From assembly GCA_903910555.1 (NCBI GenBank), contig CAIVZZ010000018.1:31363-95362 (forward strand): a stretch of 64,000 bases of DNA, written 5' to 3'. The stretch's first letter is position 1. Each line of letters starts with the position of its first letter. This DNA comes from an uncultured Gemmatimonadota bacterium. Lineage in GTDB: Bacteria; Gemmatimonadota; Gemmatimonadetes; Gemmatimonadales; Gemmatimonadaceae. Under the pieces are notes generated by a model. It was not told where the DNA came from and did not search any database. It was given only the letters and a program-made list of their open reading frames with translations. Below, in pieces: positions 9,918 through 18,548 of this stretch. The position numbers and the translations under genes are program-made.

Positions 9918-10356
9918 CGGCGTTGTTGTTGATGAACGAGTCGATTCGTGCCGCGAGTTTGTCGCGGGCGTCAGCGAACGCGAGAGTTCGTTCGCGATCT
10001 GTCCCCTCGATTTCGGCTGGATCGTGCATCCCCCAATGCAGCGTGGCAGCCGCGCCCGGGAAAATCGGACACGCATCGCGTGCGTTGTCGCAGACGGTAA
10101 TCACGAAATCGAATTTCTGTCCCATGAGATCGTCGACGCTTTGTGGCTCATGGCCGGCCCAGTCGATGCCGATCGCGTTGAGCGCGGAGATCGCGAAGGG
10201 GTTCACGCGTGCGGCGGGACGCGATCCGGCGCTCGACGCAATGAACTTTCCGCGCGCCTTTTTATTCATCAGCGCTTCGGCGATCTGGCTGCGCGCGGAA
10301 TTTCCGGTGCAGAGGAAGAGGACGCTACGCGGGCGTGTTGGCGATTCGGTGGTCAT
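9904..10356 (-). CDS. arsC: arsenate reductase, thioredoxin-coupled LMWP type
   Basis: CTGNSARS P-loop and CDNARDAC Cys pair; ars context. Confidence 0.9.
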   Translation of the reverse strand: MTTESPTRPRSVLFLCTGNSARSQIAEALMNKKARGKFIASSAGSRPAARVNPFAISALNAIGIDWAGHEPQSVDDLMGQKFDFVITVCDNARDACPIFPGAAATLHWGMHDPAEIEGTDRERTLAFADARDKLAARIDSFINNNAAAAG

Positions 10357-11008
10357 GGGAGAATCCGCGGCGAAGGTATTCGTAGGTGAGCACGGCGACG
10401 GCCATCCCGATCAGCGGGCCGACCCAATAGATCCAGTGCGAAGCCCACTGCCCTGTCGCGAGCGCCGGACCGAACGATCGCGCAGGGTTCATGCTCGCAC
10501 CGGTGAGCGGGCCGCCCATCAGTGCGTCGACCATTACGATGAATCCGACGGCGAGTCCGGCGACTTCGCCTGCAACGCGCCCGTCGGTCGCGACTGCCAT
10601 CACGACGAGCATCAAAAAGAACGAGAGCGCGATTTCGACGGCGAGCGCGGAGAAGACGGGAATCGCAGGTCGTGTGGTCGCGAACACGGCAAACGATCCG
10701 ACGGCGGCGCGCACCGCGAACGCGCCGGACGTGGCGCCTGCGAGCTGGGCGATTACATATGGAGCGACTTCACTGCCGGGAAATCTCCGCGCGACCCAAA
10801 ACCCGAACGTGACCGCCGGGTTGAGGTGTGCGCCGGAGATGTGGCCGAGCGCGTACACGGCAACGAGAATGATGCCTCCGAACGCGAGCGAGATTCCGAC
10901 GTGCGAGACGGCGCCGTTCGACCACGCGTTGACCGCGGCGGATCCTGCGCCGATGAAAACAAGGCCGAACGTCCCGATAAACTCAGACGCGAGCCGCGGT
11001 CCCCTCAT
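10325..11008 (-). CDS. MIP-family aquaporin/aquaglyceroporin
   Basis: SGAHLNPAVT and MNPARS; start placed at ATGA overlap with arsM. Confidence 0.9.
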   Translation of the reverse strand: MRGPRLASEFIGTFGLVFIGAGSAAVNAWSNGAVSHVGISLAFGGIILVAVYALGHISGAHLNPAVTFGFWVARRFPGSEVAPYVIAQLAGATSGAFAVRAAVGSFAVFATTRPAIPVFSALAVEIALSFFLMLVVMAVATDGRVAGEVAGLAVGFIVMVDALMGGPLTGASMNPARSFGPALATGQWASHWIYWVGPLIGMAVAVLTYEYLRRGFSHDHRIANTPA

Positions 11009-11916
11009 GCGTCGGAGCAGCAATCAGGACCACAGCATGATTTCGCAGCGGGAAGTGAACGCGAGTCCACCGTCGGTTTCGTGCCGCGCACGAACGCGCT
11101 GATAAACTTTCCTTCGATCTGCGGAGTGATTGTCGTGACGTCGAGGCCGGTGCCCGCGAGAAACGCCGCAGCGTCCTTCGCTTCGTATACCCGCGTGGGC
11201 TCGATCGACGGGTTGTCGAACCCGGCTTCGGCGAGAAGCGAGATGAACTCTTTTTCCTCGAGCGCGCCGGCGACGCAGCCGATCCACAGCTCCATGTTCT
11301 TGCGAATGGCATCGGGTACTTCGCCGCGCACGACAACATCCGATATCGCGAAACGGCCACCCGGCTTCAGCACACGGAACGATTCCTTCAATACCGCACG
11401 TTTGTCGCCTGAGAGATTCACGACGCAGTTGGAGATGATCACGTCGACCGAGTTGTCCGGGAGCGGGATGTGTTCGATCTCGCCCTTGAGGAATTCGACG
11501 TTCGTCGCGCCGGCTTTGAGTCTGTTCTCATTGGCGAGCGCGAGCATCTCGTCGGTCATGTCGAGACCGTACGCTTTGCCGGTTGGCCCGACGCGCTTGG
11601 CCGAGAGCAGGACGTCGATGCCGCCGCCGGATCCGAGGTCGAGCACGACTTCGCCCGCTTGCAGCGCGGCGAGCATGGTCGGGTTGCCGCAGCCGAGCGA
11701 CGCGAGCAGCGCTTCGGCGGGGATGCCATTCGTTTGCCCGGCTTCGTAGAGATCGGAGGTGATCGGATCCCATGATGCGGTGGTCGAGCCGCAGCATCCG
11801 GTCGATCCGCACGCGGATACTGCGGTATCGCCGTCGGCGACGCGAGTGGCGGCTGCGCCGTATTTCTCGCGCACGACTTCGCGGAGTGCTTCGCCCTGGT
11901 TGCTCGTCATCGTCAT
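11005..11916 (-). CDS. arsM: arsenite S-adenosylmethionine methyltransferase
   Basis: LGCGNP, LDLGSGGG, ISNCV, WIGCVAGA; Cys-rich termini. Confidence 0.92.
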   Translation of the reverse strand: MTMTSNQGEALREVVREKYGAAATRVADGDTAVSACGSTGCCGSTTASWDPITSDLYEAGQTNGIPAEALLASLGCGNPTMLAALQAGEVVLDLGSGGGIDVLLSAKRVGPTGKAYGLDMTDEMLALANENRLKAGATNVEFLKGEIEHIPLPDNSVDVIISNCVVNLSGDKRAVLKESFRVLKPGGRFAISDVVVRGEVPDAIRKNMELWIGCVAGALEEKEFISLLAEAGFDNPSIEPTRVYEAKDAAAFLAGTGLDVTTITPQIEGKFISAFVRGTKPTVDSRSLPAAKSCCGPDCCSDA

Positions 11917-11928
11917 TGCCTCAGAGTG

Positions 11929-11946
11929 AACAAGAAATGTTGATGT
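11929..11946 (-). promoter_or_regulatory. putative ArsR operator upstream of arsM
   Basis: ACATCAACATTTCTTGTT on - strand, 17/18 identical to 12302-12319; ATCAA-N6-TTG(A/T)T-like. Confidence 0.7.
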
Positions 11947-11963
11947 ATTAGATCAAAAAAATG

Positions 11964-12290
11964 TCAGTCGCAGCATTTGATCGAGCGAGCCGCCGTGCGA
12001 TCGGTACGCCTGAGCGAGCCGACCAGCGTCTCGATTTCGTCGAGCGTGTCGCGATTGAGCGTGTAATACACCCAGCGCCCTTCGCGGCGGTCGGTCACGA
12101 TGTTGGCGTCCTTGAGCGTCTTGAGATGAAATGAGAGACGGCTCTGCGCGGCGTCCATGATATCGGTCAGCTCGCACACGCAGCGCTCGCCGCCGATCAG
12201 TCGTTCGACGATCTCGAGACGGGTTTCGTCTGAGAGGGCGTGGAACCAGGCCGCTGCTTGGGTGGTGTTGAGGGAGGTCGAGGGGGGCAT
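11964..12290 (-). CDS. arsR: ArsR/SmtB metalloregulator
   Basis: ALSDETRL, CVCEL, SFHLKTL, REGRWVYY; C-terminal CC. Confidence 0.9.
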   Translation of the reverse strand: MPPSTSLNTTQAAAWFHALSDETRLEIVERLIGGERCVCELTDIMDAAQSRLSFHLKTLKDANIVTDRREGRWVYYTLNRDTLDEIETLVGSLRRTDRTAARSIKCCD

Positions 12291-12296
12291 GGGGTC

Positions 12297-12324
12297 AATA
12301 TAACAATAAATGTTGATGTGGCAA
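12297..12324 (-). promoter_or_regulatory. arsR promoter with operator in the spacer
   Basis: TTGCCA-16-TATATT (TG-extended), 6 nt before ATG; operator at 12302-12319. Confidence 0.7.
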
Positions 12325-12350
12325 GCTGTGAGCTATCAGTCTTTGAACGG

Positions 12351-12392
12351 CCGACGTCAGACGTTAGCTGTGAGCTGCTAGCTGTGAGATAA
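12351..12392. repeat. left arm of 42-bp inverted repeat flanking the four-helix-bundle gene
   Basis: 38/42 complementary to 12853-12894; 7-nt periodic units. Confidence 0.9.
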
Positions 12393-12481
12393 ACGGCCGA
12401 GTTACAGGACCGCGCGTAGAATTGTCGCGAAGTGCGTTCGATGGATCACGGATCGGGCGATCGGACGTCGTAGCTTGGGAG

Positions 12482-12844
12482 ATGCAGAACTACCGACGGC
12501 TTTCGGTTTGGAAAAAGGCGCATGCGATCGCGCTAAATGTTCGCGCGCTGACGGAGCGGATTCCGCCAGACGGCAACCGGGGACTCATCGATCAACTCCG
12601 GCGCGCATCGCTCTCGATTCCGGCTAACATTGCCGAAGGCAGCAGCCGGCAGACCGACAAGGATTTCGTGAAGTTCCTGAACATCGCCCTCGCATCAACT
12701 ACAGAGGTGGAGTACCACCTGGAGTACGCAGGTGATGCCGCGATCGTCCCGCAATCCGAATGCAATCTCCGCCGGCAGGAACTAATTGAAATACGCAGAA
12801 TGCTAGCTGGCCTGATCAACTACCTTCGTGGCGCAAATCGGTGA
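12482..12844 (+). CDS. four-helix-bundle protein (23S rRNA IVS-protein family)
   Basis: YRRLSVWKKAH, QLRRASLSIPANIAEG, FLNIALAS..EVEY; start moved to ATG 12482. Confidence 0.88.
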   Translation: MQNYRRLSVWKKAHAIALNVRALTERIPPDGNRGLIDQLRRASLSIPANIAEGSSRQTDKDFVKFLNIALASTTEVEYHLEYAGDAAIVPQSECNLRRQELIEIRRMLAGLINYLRGANR

Positions 12845-12852
12845 TGAAGTCG

Positions 12853-12894
12853 TTATCTCGCAGCTAACAACCCACAGCTAACGTCTGACGTCGG
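12853..12894. repeat. right arm of 42-bp inverted repeat
   Basis: Reverse complement of 12351-12392 with four transition differences. Confidence 0.9.
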
Positions 12895-12998
12895 GCCTTT
12901 CAGAGCTCTCAGCTCCCCGTTCCGATGACGCCTGCCGTCCGGCGGCTTTGCCCTTCGCCCTGCCCTTCCTAAACCATTTGCCCTTCGCCATTGTCCTA

Positions 12999-13017
12999 CC
13001 TTCAGACAATCTGAAGG
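12999..13017. promoter_or_regulatory. putative PadR operator palindrome overlapping the SD
   Basis: CCTTCAGA-CAA-TCTGAAGG just upstream of padR. Confidence 0.6.
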
Positions 13018-13024
13018 AGTCACC

Positions 13025-13381
13025 ATGTCAGACCCGCGCAGCGATCTGCTCCAAGGCACCCTCGAAATGCTGGTCCTCAAAACGATCGCATTCGAGCCGA
13101 TGCACGGCTGGGGAATCTCTCAGCGCATTCAGCAGCTGTCGCGCGATGTCTTTCTCGTGACCCAGGGTTCGCTCTACCCCGCGCTGATTCGCATGAAGCG
13201 TCGCGGTCTGGTGAAAACATCGTGGCGCGTGACGGAGAACAATCGTCGTGCCCGCTACTACGAAATCACTGTGGCCGGCGAACGTGAGCTCGCCGCGGAG
13301 CGCGTGAGCTGGGAGCGCGCTTCGTCCGCGGTGAACTGGATCATGGGCGCGCAACGGTTTGCTGCGGGAGGCGCCGCATGA
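13025..13381 (+). CDS. PadR-family transcriptional regulator (acidobacterial type)
   Basis: LLQGTLEMLVLK, HGWGI, GSLYPAL, ENNRRARYY. Confidence 0.9.
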   Translation: MSDPRSDLLQGTLEMLVLKTIAFEPMHGWGISQRIQQLSRDVFLVTQGSLYPALIRMKRRGLVKTSWRVTENNRRARYYEITVAGERELAAERVSWERASSAVNWIMGAQRFAAGGAA

Positions 13382-16014
13382 GCGCGTTCTCCGACTTCAT
13401 CGAGCGCGCCCGCGCCCTGCTCTTCCGCTCGCGTGAAGAACGCGAGCTGCAGGAAGAGCTCCGCTTTCATCTGGACATGGAGGCCGAGCAAAACCGACGC
13501 GCCGGCATGAGCGACGACGAAGCACGCCGGCGCGGCCACATCGCGCTCGGCGGTGTCGAGCGCACGAAGGAGGACGTTCGCGACGCGCGCGGCACACGAT
13601 ATCTCGAAGACATTGCCGGCGACGTCTCGTTCGCGCGTCGCACGCTTGCGCGCAGCCCCGGGTTCGCGATTGTCGCGATTCTTACGCTGGCGATAGGGAT
13701 CGGCGGCACGACGGCGGTTTACAGCGCGGTCGACGCGGTGCTCGTCCAGCCACTGCCCTATCAAGAGCCCGGCCGGCTCGTCCGCTTGTATCAGTACTTC
13801 AACCAGAAGATAGATCAGCACAATTTCGTCTCGCCGGTTCAGTTTTTCGACTATCGATCCAAGCTGGCCGCGTTCGACGGTGCCGCCGCCCTATTCACCT
13901 ATAGCGAGGCCGGTGCGGATGTCGGCACGGGCGACCGCGTGCGCCGGATACGCATCCTTCATGTCAGCTCCGACTATTTCGACGTCGTGCGCACGCGGCC
14001 CAGGCTCGGCGCACCATTCGGGAGAGAGAGTGAGAACGGCGCGCCGCTCGCAATCGTGAGCGACGGCTTTTGGAAAACGGAACTCCAAGGCGATCCTGCT
14101 GCAGTCGGCCGAACCGTCATGCTCAGCGGGGTCGCGTACACCGTCGTCGGCGTGATGCCGGCGGGCTACGCGGATCCGCTTGTCCCCGCGGTCGACGCGT
14201 GGCTGCCCGGCGATCTTCGCGAAGGGCTGGACATCACTCAGGCGAACAATCACTACCTGTCCGTCATCGCGCGCCTGCGCTCCGGCGTGACCATCGAGCA
14301 GGCGCAGGGCGAACTCGACATCCTCAGCGCGCAACTCTCAGAGCGATATCCTCAAGGCCGCGACATTCACGCGCGAATCTATCCCCTCAAGGACGATATC
14401 GTCGGCTCCGCGAGCCGCGCGCTTGAGATCATGCTCGGCGCCGTTGCTCTCGTGCTGGTGCTGGTGTGCGTGAACGTCGCGAATCTCTTACTGGTGCGTG
14501 GATCGGACCGGGCGCGCGAGTTTGCGGTGCGCTCTGCGCTCGGCGCCGAGCGGTCGAGGCTTGTGCGGCAAATGCTGATCGAGAGTCTTACGCTCGCGCT
14601 GGCCGGTGATCTGGCGGGCCTCGTGTTTGCGCGCGTTGCAATGTCCGGGATCGTCGCGCTCGGTTCCGGTTCGATTCCGCGACTGGCAACACTGGATCTC
14701 GATCCGCGCCTGCTCGCCTTTTCCGTCGTAATCGCGACGTTGTGCGCCGTCGGATTTGGAATGGCTCCCGCGTTGCGCGCGGCACGCACACAGCCCGGCG
14801 ACGTGCTGCGCGATGAGTCGCGCGGCTCCACTGGAGGCGCAGGGCAGATCCGGCTCCGCGAATGGCTCGTGGTGTCGCAGGTCGCACTCGCATTCGTGCT
14901 GCTCGCCGGCGCAGGGCTGTTGCTTGCGAGCGCGCGGCAGATCGGTCAGGTGGAGCTCGGAGTGAACACGGGCAGCGCGCTCGTATTCGATCTCAGTCTT
15001 CCGTATGCGCGATACGATTCAACCGCGCGCGCACGAACGTACGAAGAGATTGCGAAGAACGTCGAGACGATTCCAGGCGTCATCGCGGCGGGCGGCGTGT
15101 CGAAGCTTCCGGCGACCGGTAATTACAACTCGTGGGGCATGACCGTTCACAGCGGTCCGCTGAACGGCACGAAAAATGGCAACGGTGAGGCGGAGAACCG
15201 CATCGTCTCCGGCGACTACTTCAAGGCGGCGGGGATCCCGGTGCTCGAAGGGCGCGTGTTCGATGCCCGCGACGACAACGCGGCGCCAAATCGCGTGGTT
15301 GTCAGCGCGAACCTCGCCAAGCGCATGTATCCCGGAATAAGTGCGCTGGGCCAGCGGCTGGAGACAGGTAATCACCAGAGCGAGATCATTGGCGTGGTCG
15401 GCGATGTCGCGACAAACGCCGAGGGAGCGGATGCGCAGTATATCTACCATGCGCACACGCAGTTCGCGGGAGACCGCGTCTGGTCGCTCACGCAAATCGT
15501 GCGCACCGTCAGAGCGCCTGACGCGATGATCGCGAACGTACGGCGCCTGATTTCCGGCGTCGACCCGCTTCTCGTGATGCACCGGCCGTCGAGCTTCGCC
15601 GATGCGGTTGGGCGCGGTGAGGCGCAGCGCGCGTTCACGCTGCGCATCCTGGCGAGTTTCGCGCTCGTCGCGCTCGCGCTTTCTGCCTTGGGAATATTCG
15701 GCGTGCTCTCCTACGGCGTGCGACTGCGGTCGAAGGAGTTCGGCATTCGCATGGCGCTCGGGGCCGGCGCCGGCGAGATCAGGCGAATGGTTTTGCGACA
15801 GGGACTCACCGTGACCGCGATCGGAATCGGCGCGGGATTGGTTGGGGCGCTGATGCTGTCGCGCCTGATGGCGTCGCTCGTATTTCGGGTGAGCACGCTT
15901 GATCCGGCAGTGCTTGCGGCGGCTGCTTTGTTTATGGTCGCCATTGCATCAGTGGCGGCGTATCTGCCCGCAAGACGCGCGACGGCGGTCGATCCTCGAG
16001 CGGTGTTGCAGTAA
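13378..16014 (+). CDS. duplicated MacB/FtsX-type ABC permease (ADOP-like)
   Basis: LQEELRFHL N-terminus, CVNVANLLLVR..RAREFAVRSALGA, EFGIRMALGA, PARRATAVDP. Confidence 0.9.
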   Translation: MSAFSDFIERARALLFRSREERELQEELRFHLDMEAEQNRRAGMSDDEARRRGHIALGGVERTKEDVRDARGTRYLEDIAGDVSFARRTLARSPGFAIVAILTLAIGIGGTTAVYSAVDAVLVQPLPYQEPGRLVRLYQYFNQKIDQHNFVSPVQFFDYRSKLAAFDGAAALFTYSEAGADVGTGDRVRRIRILHVSSDYFDVVRTRPRLGAPFGRESENGAPLAIVSDGFWKTELQGDPAAVGRTVMLSGVAYTVVGVMPAGYADPLVPAVDAWLPGDLREGLDITQANNHYLSVIARLRSGVTIEQAQGELDILSAQLSERYPQGRDIHARIYPLKDDIVGSASRALEIMLGAVALVLVLVCVNVANLLLVRGSDRAREFAVRSALGAERSRLVRQMLIESLTLALAGDLAGLVFARVAMSGIVALGSGSIPRLATLDLDPRLLAFSVVIATLCAVGFGMAPALRAARTQPGDVLRDESRGSTGGAGQIRLREWLVVSQVALAFVLLAGAGLLLASARQIGQVELGVNTGSALVFDLSLPYARYDSTARARTYEEIAKNVETIPGVIAAGGVSKLPATGNYNSWGMTVHSGPLNGTKNGNGEAENRIVSGDYFKAAGIPVLEGRVFDARDDNAAPNRVVVSANLAKRMYPGISALGQRLETGNHQSEIIGVVGDVATNAEGADAQYIYHAHTQFAGDRVWSLTQIVRTVRAPDAMIANVRRLISGVDPLLVMHRPSSFADAVGRGEAQRAFTLRILASFALVALALSALGIFGVLSYGVRLRSKEFGIRMALGAGAGEIRRMVLRQGLTVTAIGIGAGLVGALMLSRLMASLVFRVSTLDPAVLAAAALFMVAIASVAAYLPARRATAVDPRAVLQ

Positions 16015-16032
16015 GAGAAGAAGAGAAAACCT

Positions 16033-16109
16033 TTTGCCACGGGTCTTCGCGGGTTCACGCGGGTTTGTAAATGTTTGACCCGCGATTACCCGCGTAAACC
16101 CGTGGCAAA
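16033..16109. repeat. palindromic element with 10-nt CGCGGGT subrepeats, copy 2
   Basis: Arms 16033-16064 and 16078-16109, 27/32 complementary; between convergent genes. Confidence 0.8.
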
Positions 16110-16113
16110 TATT

Positions 16114-16857
16114 TTATTCTTTTCTTGCAAGCACGAGCATCTCGCTGGACTTCCGGGAGAGCGCCCGATCCTTCCAGCCGTCCCATGCCTGCTCGACAAT
16201 CAACCCCGCATCCGCGCAGAGCTCGGCAACGCGCGTCGCCGTATACAGTCGGATTTTGTGTTCCCGTTCGACGGCCCTCTTCTTTCCCTTCACGGTCGTG
16301 CGAACGGTCAGCACTCCGGAAAGCGGATCGAAGCTCCGCTCATGCCCGATCATCGTTCCATCGTTCGACGTCCACCAATCCCGCGTGATGAACGCGCGCA
16401 CGACGCCATCTCGGCTCCCGCCATGCCAGAGCAGTACTCCGCCCGGCTTAAGCACTCGGGCGAATTCGCGAATGACTTTTGCATCGTCGGTTGGATGCGT
16501 AAAAAACCCAAAGCTCGTGAAGAGATTCAGAACCGCATCGAACCGGCCACTCCATTTCTTCGGCAGCGTGCGCATATCGCCGCGCTCATATCGCAGATGC
16601 GTTCCCGTGCCGCGCGCCTTGGCGCGCTTCAGCAACTCGAGCGAGTAGTCGAGGCCGGTAACGTCGAATCCAGCTTCGGCGAGCAAATGCGCGTGCCGTC
16701 CCTGGCCGCACGGGACATCGAGAATGCGCGATTCCGACGGGAGTTCGAGCACTTCCATAATCCGCGCGACATCGCGCCGGTCGTTTTCGAGCGCAAAGAT
16801 CGGCTCGTATTCGAGCAGATACTGTGCGTCAAAATAGTCACGCCACCATTCGCTCAA
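16114..16857 (-). CDS. class I SAM-dependent methyltransferase
   Basis: ILDVPCGQGRH, GDMR, NLFTSFGFF, LKPGG; TTG start overlapping mutase stop. Confidence 0.85.
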   Translation of the reverse strand: MSEWWRDYFDAQYLLEYEPIFALENDRRDVARIMEVLELPSESRILDVPCGQGRHAHLLAEAGFDVTGLDYSLELLKRAKARGTGTHLRYERGDMRTLPKKWSGRFDAVLNLFTSFGFFTHPTDDAKVIREFARVLKPGGVLLWHGGSRDGVVRAFITRDWWTSNDGTMIGHERSFDPLSGVLTVRTTVKGKKRAVEREHKIRLYTATRVAELCADAGLIVEQAWDGWKDRALSRKSSEMLVLARKE

Positions 16858-18548
16858 AAAAATACCGGTTCGCGATAGGCCCCAAAGACGCTCTCGAGCG
16901 CCGCGCGAATCTCGTACAGCGTGCAGTACGAACGCGCACACTCCAGAATGAACGGCACGACGTTCGTCTTGCTTGCGGCAGCCTCTCGCAAGGCCGCGAT
17001 ATTCTTCTCGCAGAGCGCGTTGTCGCGTGTGGTGCGCAGCTTGGCGAGTGCGGCCGCCTGATCTTTCGCAGCCTGCTCGTCGATCTTCAGCAGCGGAATC
17101 GAGAGCGCGTCCTCTTCGGTCACGAAGTCGTTCACGCCGACGATCAGCCGGCGGTGCTGCTCGATCTCCCACTGCTGGCGTGCGGCGGCTTCGGCGATCT
17201 TGCGCTGGAACCACCCCGTCTCAAGTCCGCGCACCACACCGTTCTGCTCCTCGATCTCGACGAACATCGCCTCGGCTTCCTGCTCCAGCCTGTCGGTCAA
17301 GTGCTCGACATAGTACGACCCGCCGAGCGGATCGATCACGTTCGGCACGCCGCTCTCGAACGCGAGCACCTGCTGCGTGCGCAGCGCGACCTGCACCGCG
17401 TGCTCCGTCGGCAGCGCGAGCGTTTCGTCCATGGAGTTCGTGTGCAGCGACTGCGTTCCGCCGAGCACCGCCGCCATCGCCTGATACGCGACGCGGACGA
17501 TGTTGTTCATGGGCTGCTGGGCGGTGAGCGTCACACCCGCCGTCTGCGAGTGAAAGCGCATCATCCACGACTTCGGATCTTTCGCGCCGTACCGTTCTTT
17601 CAAATGGCGCGCCCAGATGCGGCGCGCCGCGCGGAGCTTGGCGATCTCTTCGAAGAAATCGTTGTGGATGTCCCAGAAGAATGAGAGTCGCGGTGCGAAG
17701 TCGTCGACTTTCAATCCGCGTGCGATGCCGCGCTCGACATAGGTGAAGCCGTCGGCCAGCGTGAATGCGAGTTCCTGCGCCGCGGTCGAGCCGGCTTCGC
17801 GAATGTGGTAACCCGAAATGGAAATCGTATTCCACTGCGGCGCGTGCGTGGACCCCCACTCGAACATGTCGACGATCAGACGCAGTGCGGGCTCGATTGG
17901 GAAGCACCAGGCATGCTGCGCCATGTACTCTTTCAGGATGTCGTTCTGCACCGTGCCGCGGAGTTTTTCCGCGCTGACGCCCTGCTTTTCAGCTGCAGCT
18001 ATATAGAAGCACCATAGGATGATCGCGGGGCCGTTGATCGTCATCGATGTCGAGACGTCGCCGAGCGGAATTCCTTCGAACAGCGTTTCCATGTCGGCAA
18101 GCGAACTGATCGCGACGCCGCACTTCCCCACTTCGCCTTCCGAGCGCACATGATCGGAGTCGTATCCCATCAGCGTCGGAAAATCGAACGCGACGGAGAG
18201 GCCGGTCGTGCCGTGCGCGAGCAGGAATTTGTAGCGCTCGTTTGTTTCTTTGGCGGACCCGAAGCCGGCGAACTGACGCATCGTCCAGAGGCGGCCGCGA
18301 TATCCGGTCGCGTGAATGCCGCGGGTGAACGGATAGGTGCCCGGCATTTCGAAGGCCGTGCCGGCCGATCCTTCGAGATCCATGGCCGAGTAGAGCGGAG
18401 CGATCTCGCCGGCGGAGTTCGTGAAGGCGATGTCGCGCTTGGGCGATTTATCGAACGCTTTACGCCAGCCGGCAACTTCAAGGCGGAGCCGGTCGAGCTC
18501 CTCCTGCATTTGCGCGAGTGTGGCGTCTACGTCGCTTATTCCCGTCAT
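16854..18548 (-). CDS. icmA: B12-dependent acyl-CoA mutase large subunit, isobutyryl-CoA mutase type
   Basis: YPFTRG, WTMRQFAGF (Phe), QNDILKEYMAQ (Gln), SGYHIREAG; no B12 domain. Confidence 0.78.
   Translation of the reverse strand: MTGISDVDATLAQMQEELDRLRLEVAGWRKAFDKSPKRDIAFTNSAGEIAPLYSAMDLEGSAGTAFEMPGTYPFTRGIHATGYRGRLWTMRQFAGFGSAKETNERYKFLLAHGTTGLSVAFDFPTLMGYDSDHVRSEGEVGKCGVAISSLADMETLFEGIPLGDVSTSMTINGPAIILWCFYIAAAEKQGVSAEKLRGTVQNDILKEYMAQHAWCFPIEPALRLIVDMFEWGSTHAPQWNTISISGYHIREAGSTAAQELAFTLADGFTYVERGIARGLKVDDFAPRLSFFWDIHNDFFEEIAKLRAARRIWARHLKERYGAKDPKSWMMRFHSQTAGVTLTAQQPMNNIVRVAYQAMAAVLGGTQSLHTNSMDETLALPTEHAVQVALRTQQVLAFESGVPNVIDPLGGSYYVEHLTDRLEQEAEAMFVEIEEQNGVVRGLETGWFQRKIAEAAARQQWEIEQHRRLIVGVNDFVTEEDALSIPLLKIDEQAAKDQAAALAKLRTTRDNALCEKNIAALREAAASKTNVVPFILECARSYCTLYEIRAALESVFGAYREPVFF

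Noticed and set aside
9923..11749. 608-aa + strand ORF, and similar long ORFs such as 23590-25059, 33537-34877, 38581-40008
   Set aside because: Antisense shadows of well-supported genes in high-GC DNA; no motifs
12351..12894. rRNA intervening sequence, IS element or DGR
   Set aside because: No rRNA, transposase, reverse transcriptase or TR/VR pair in the window
16033..16109. CRISPR array
   Set aside because: Subrepeats are 10 nt and inverted, with no spacers or cas genes
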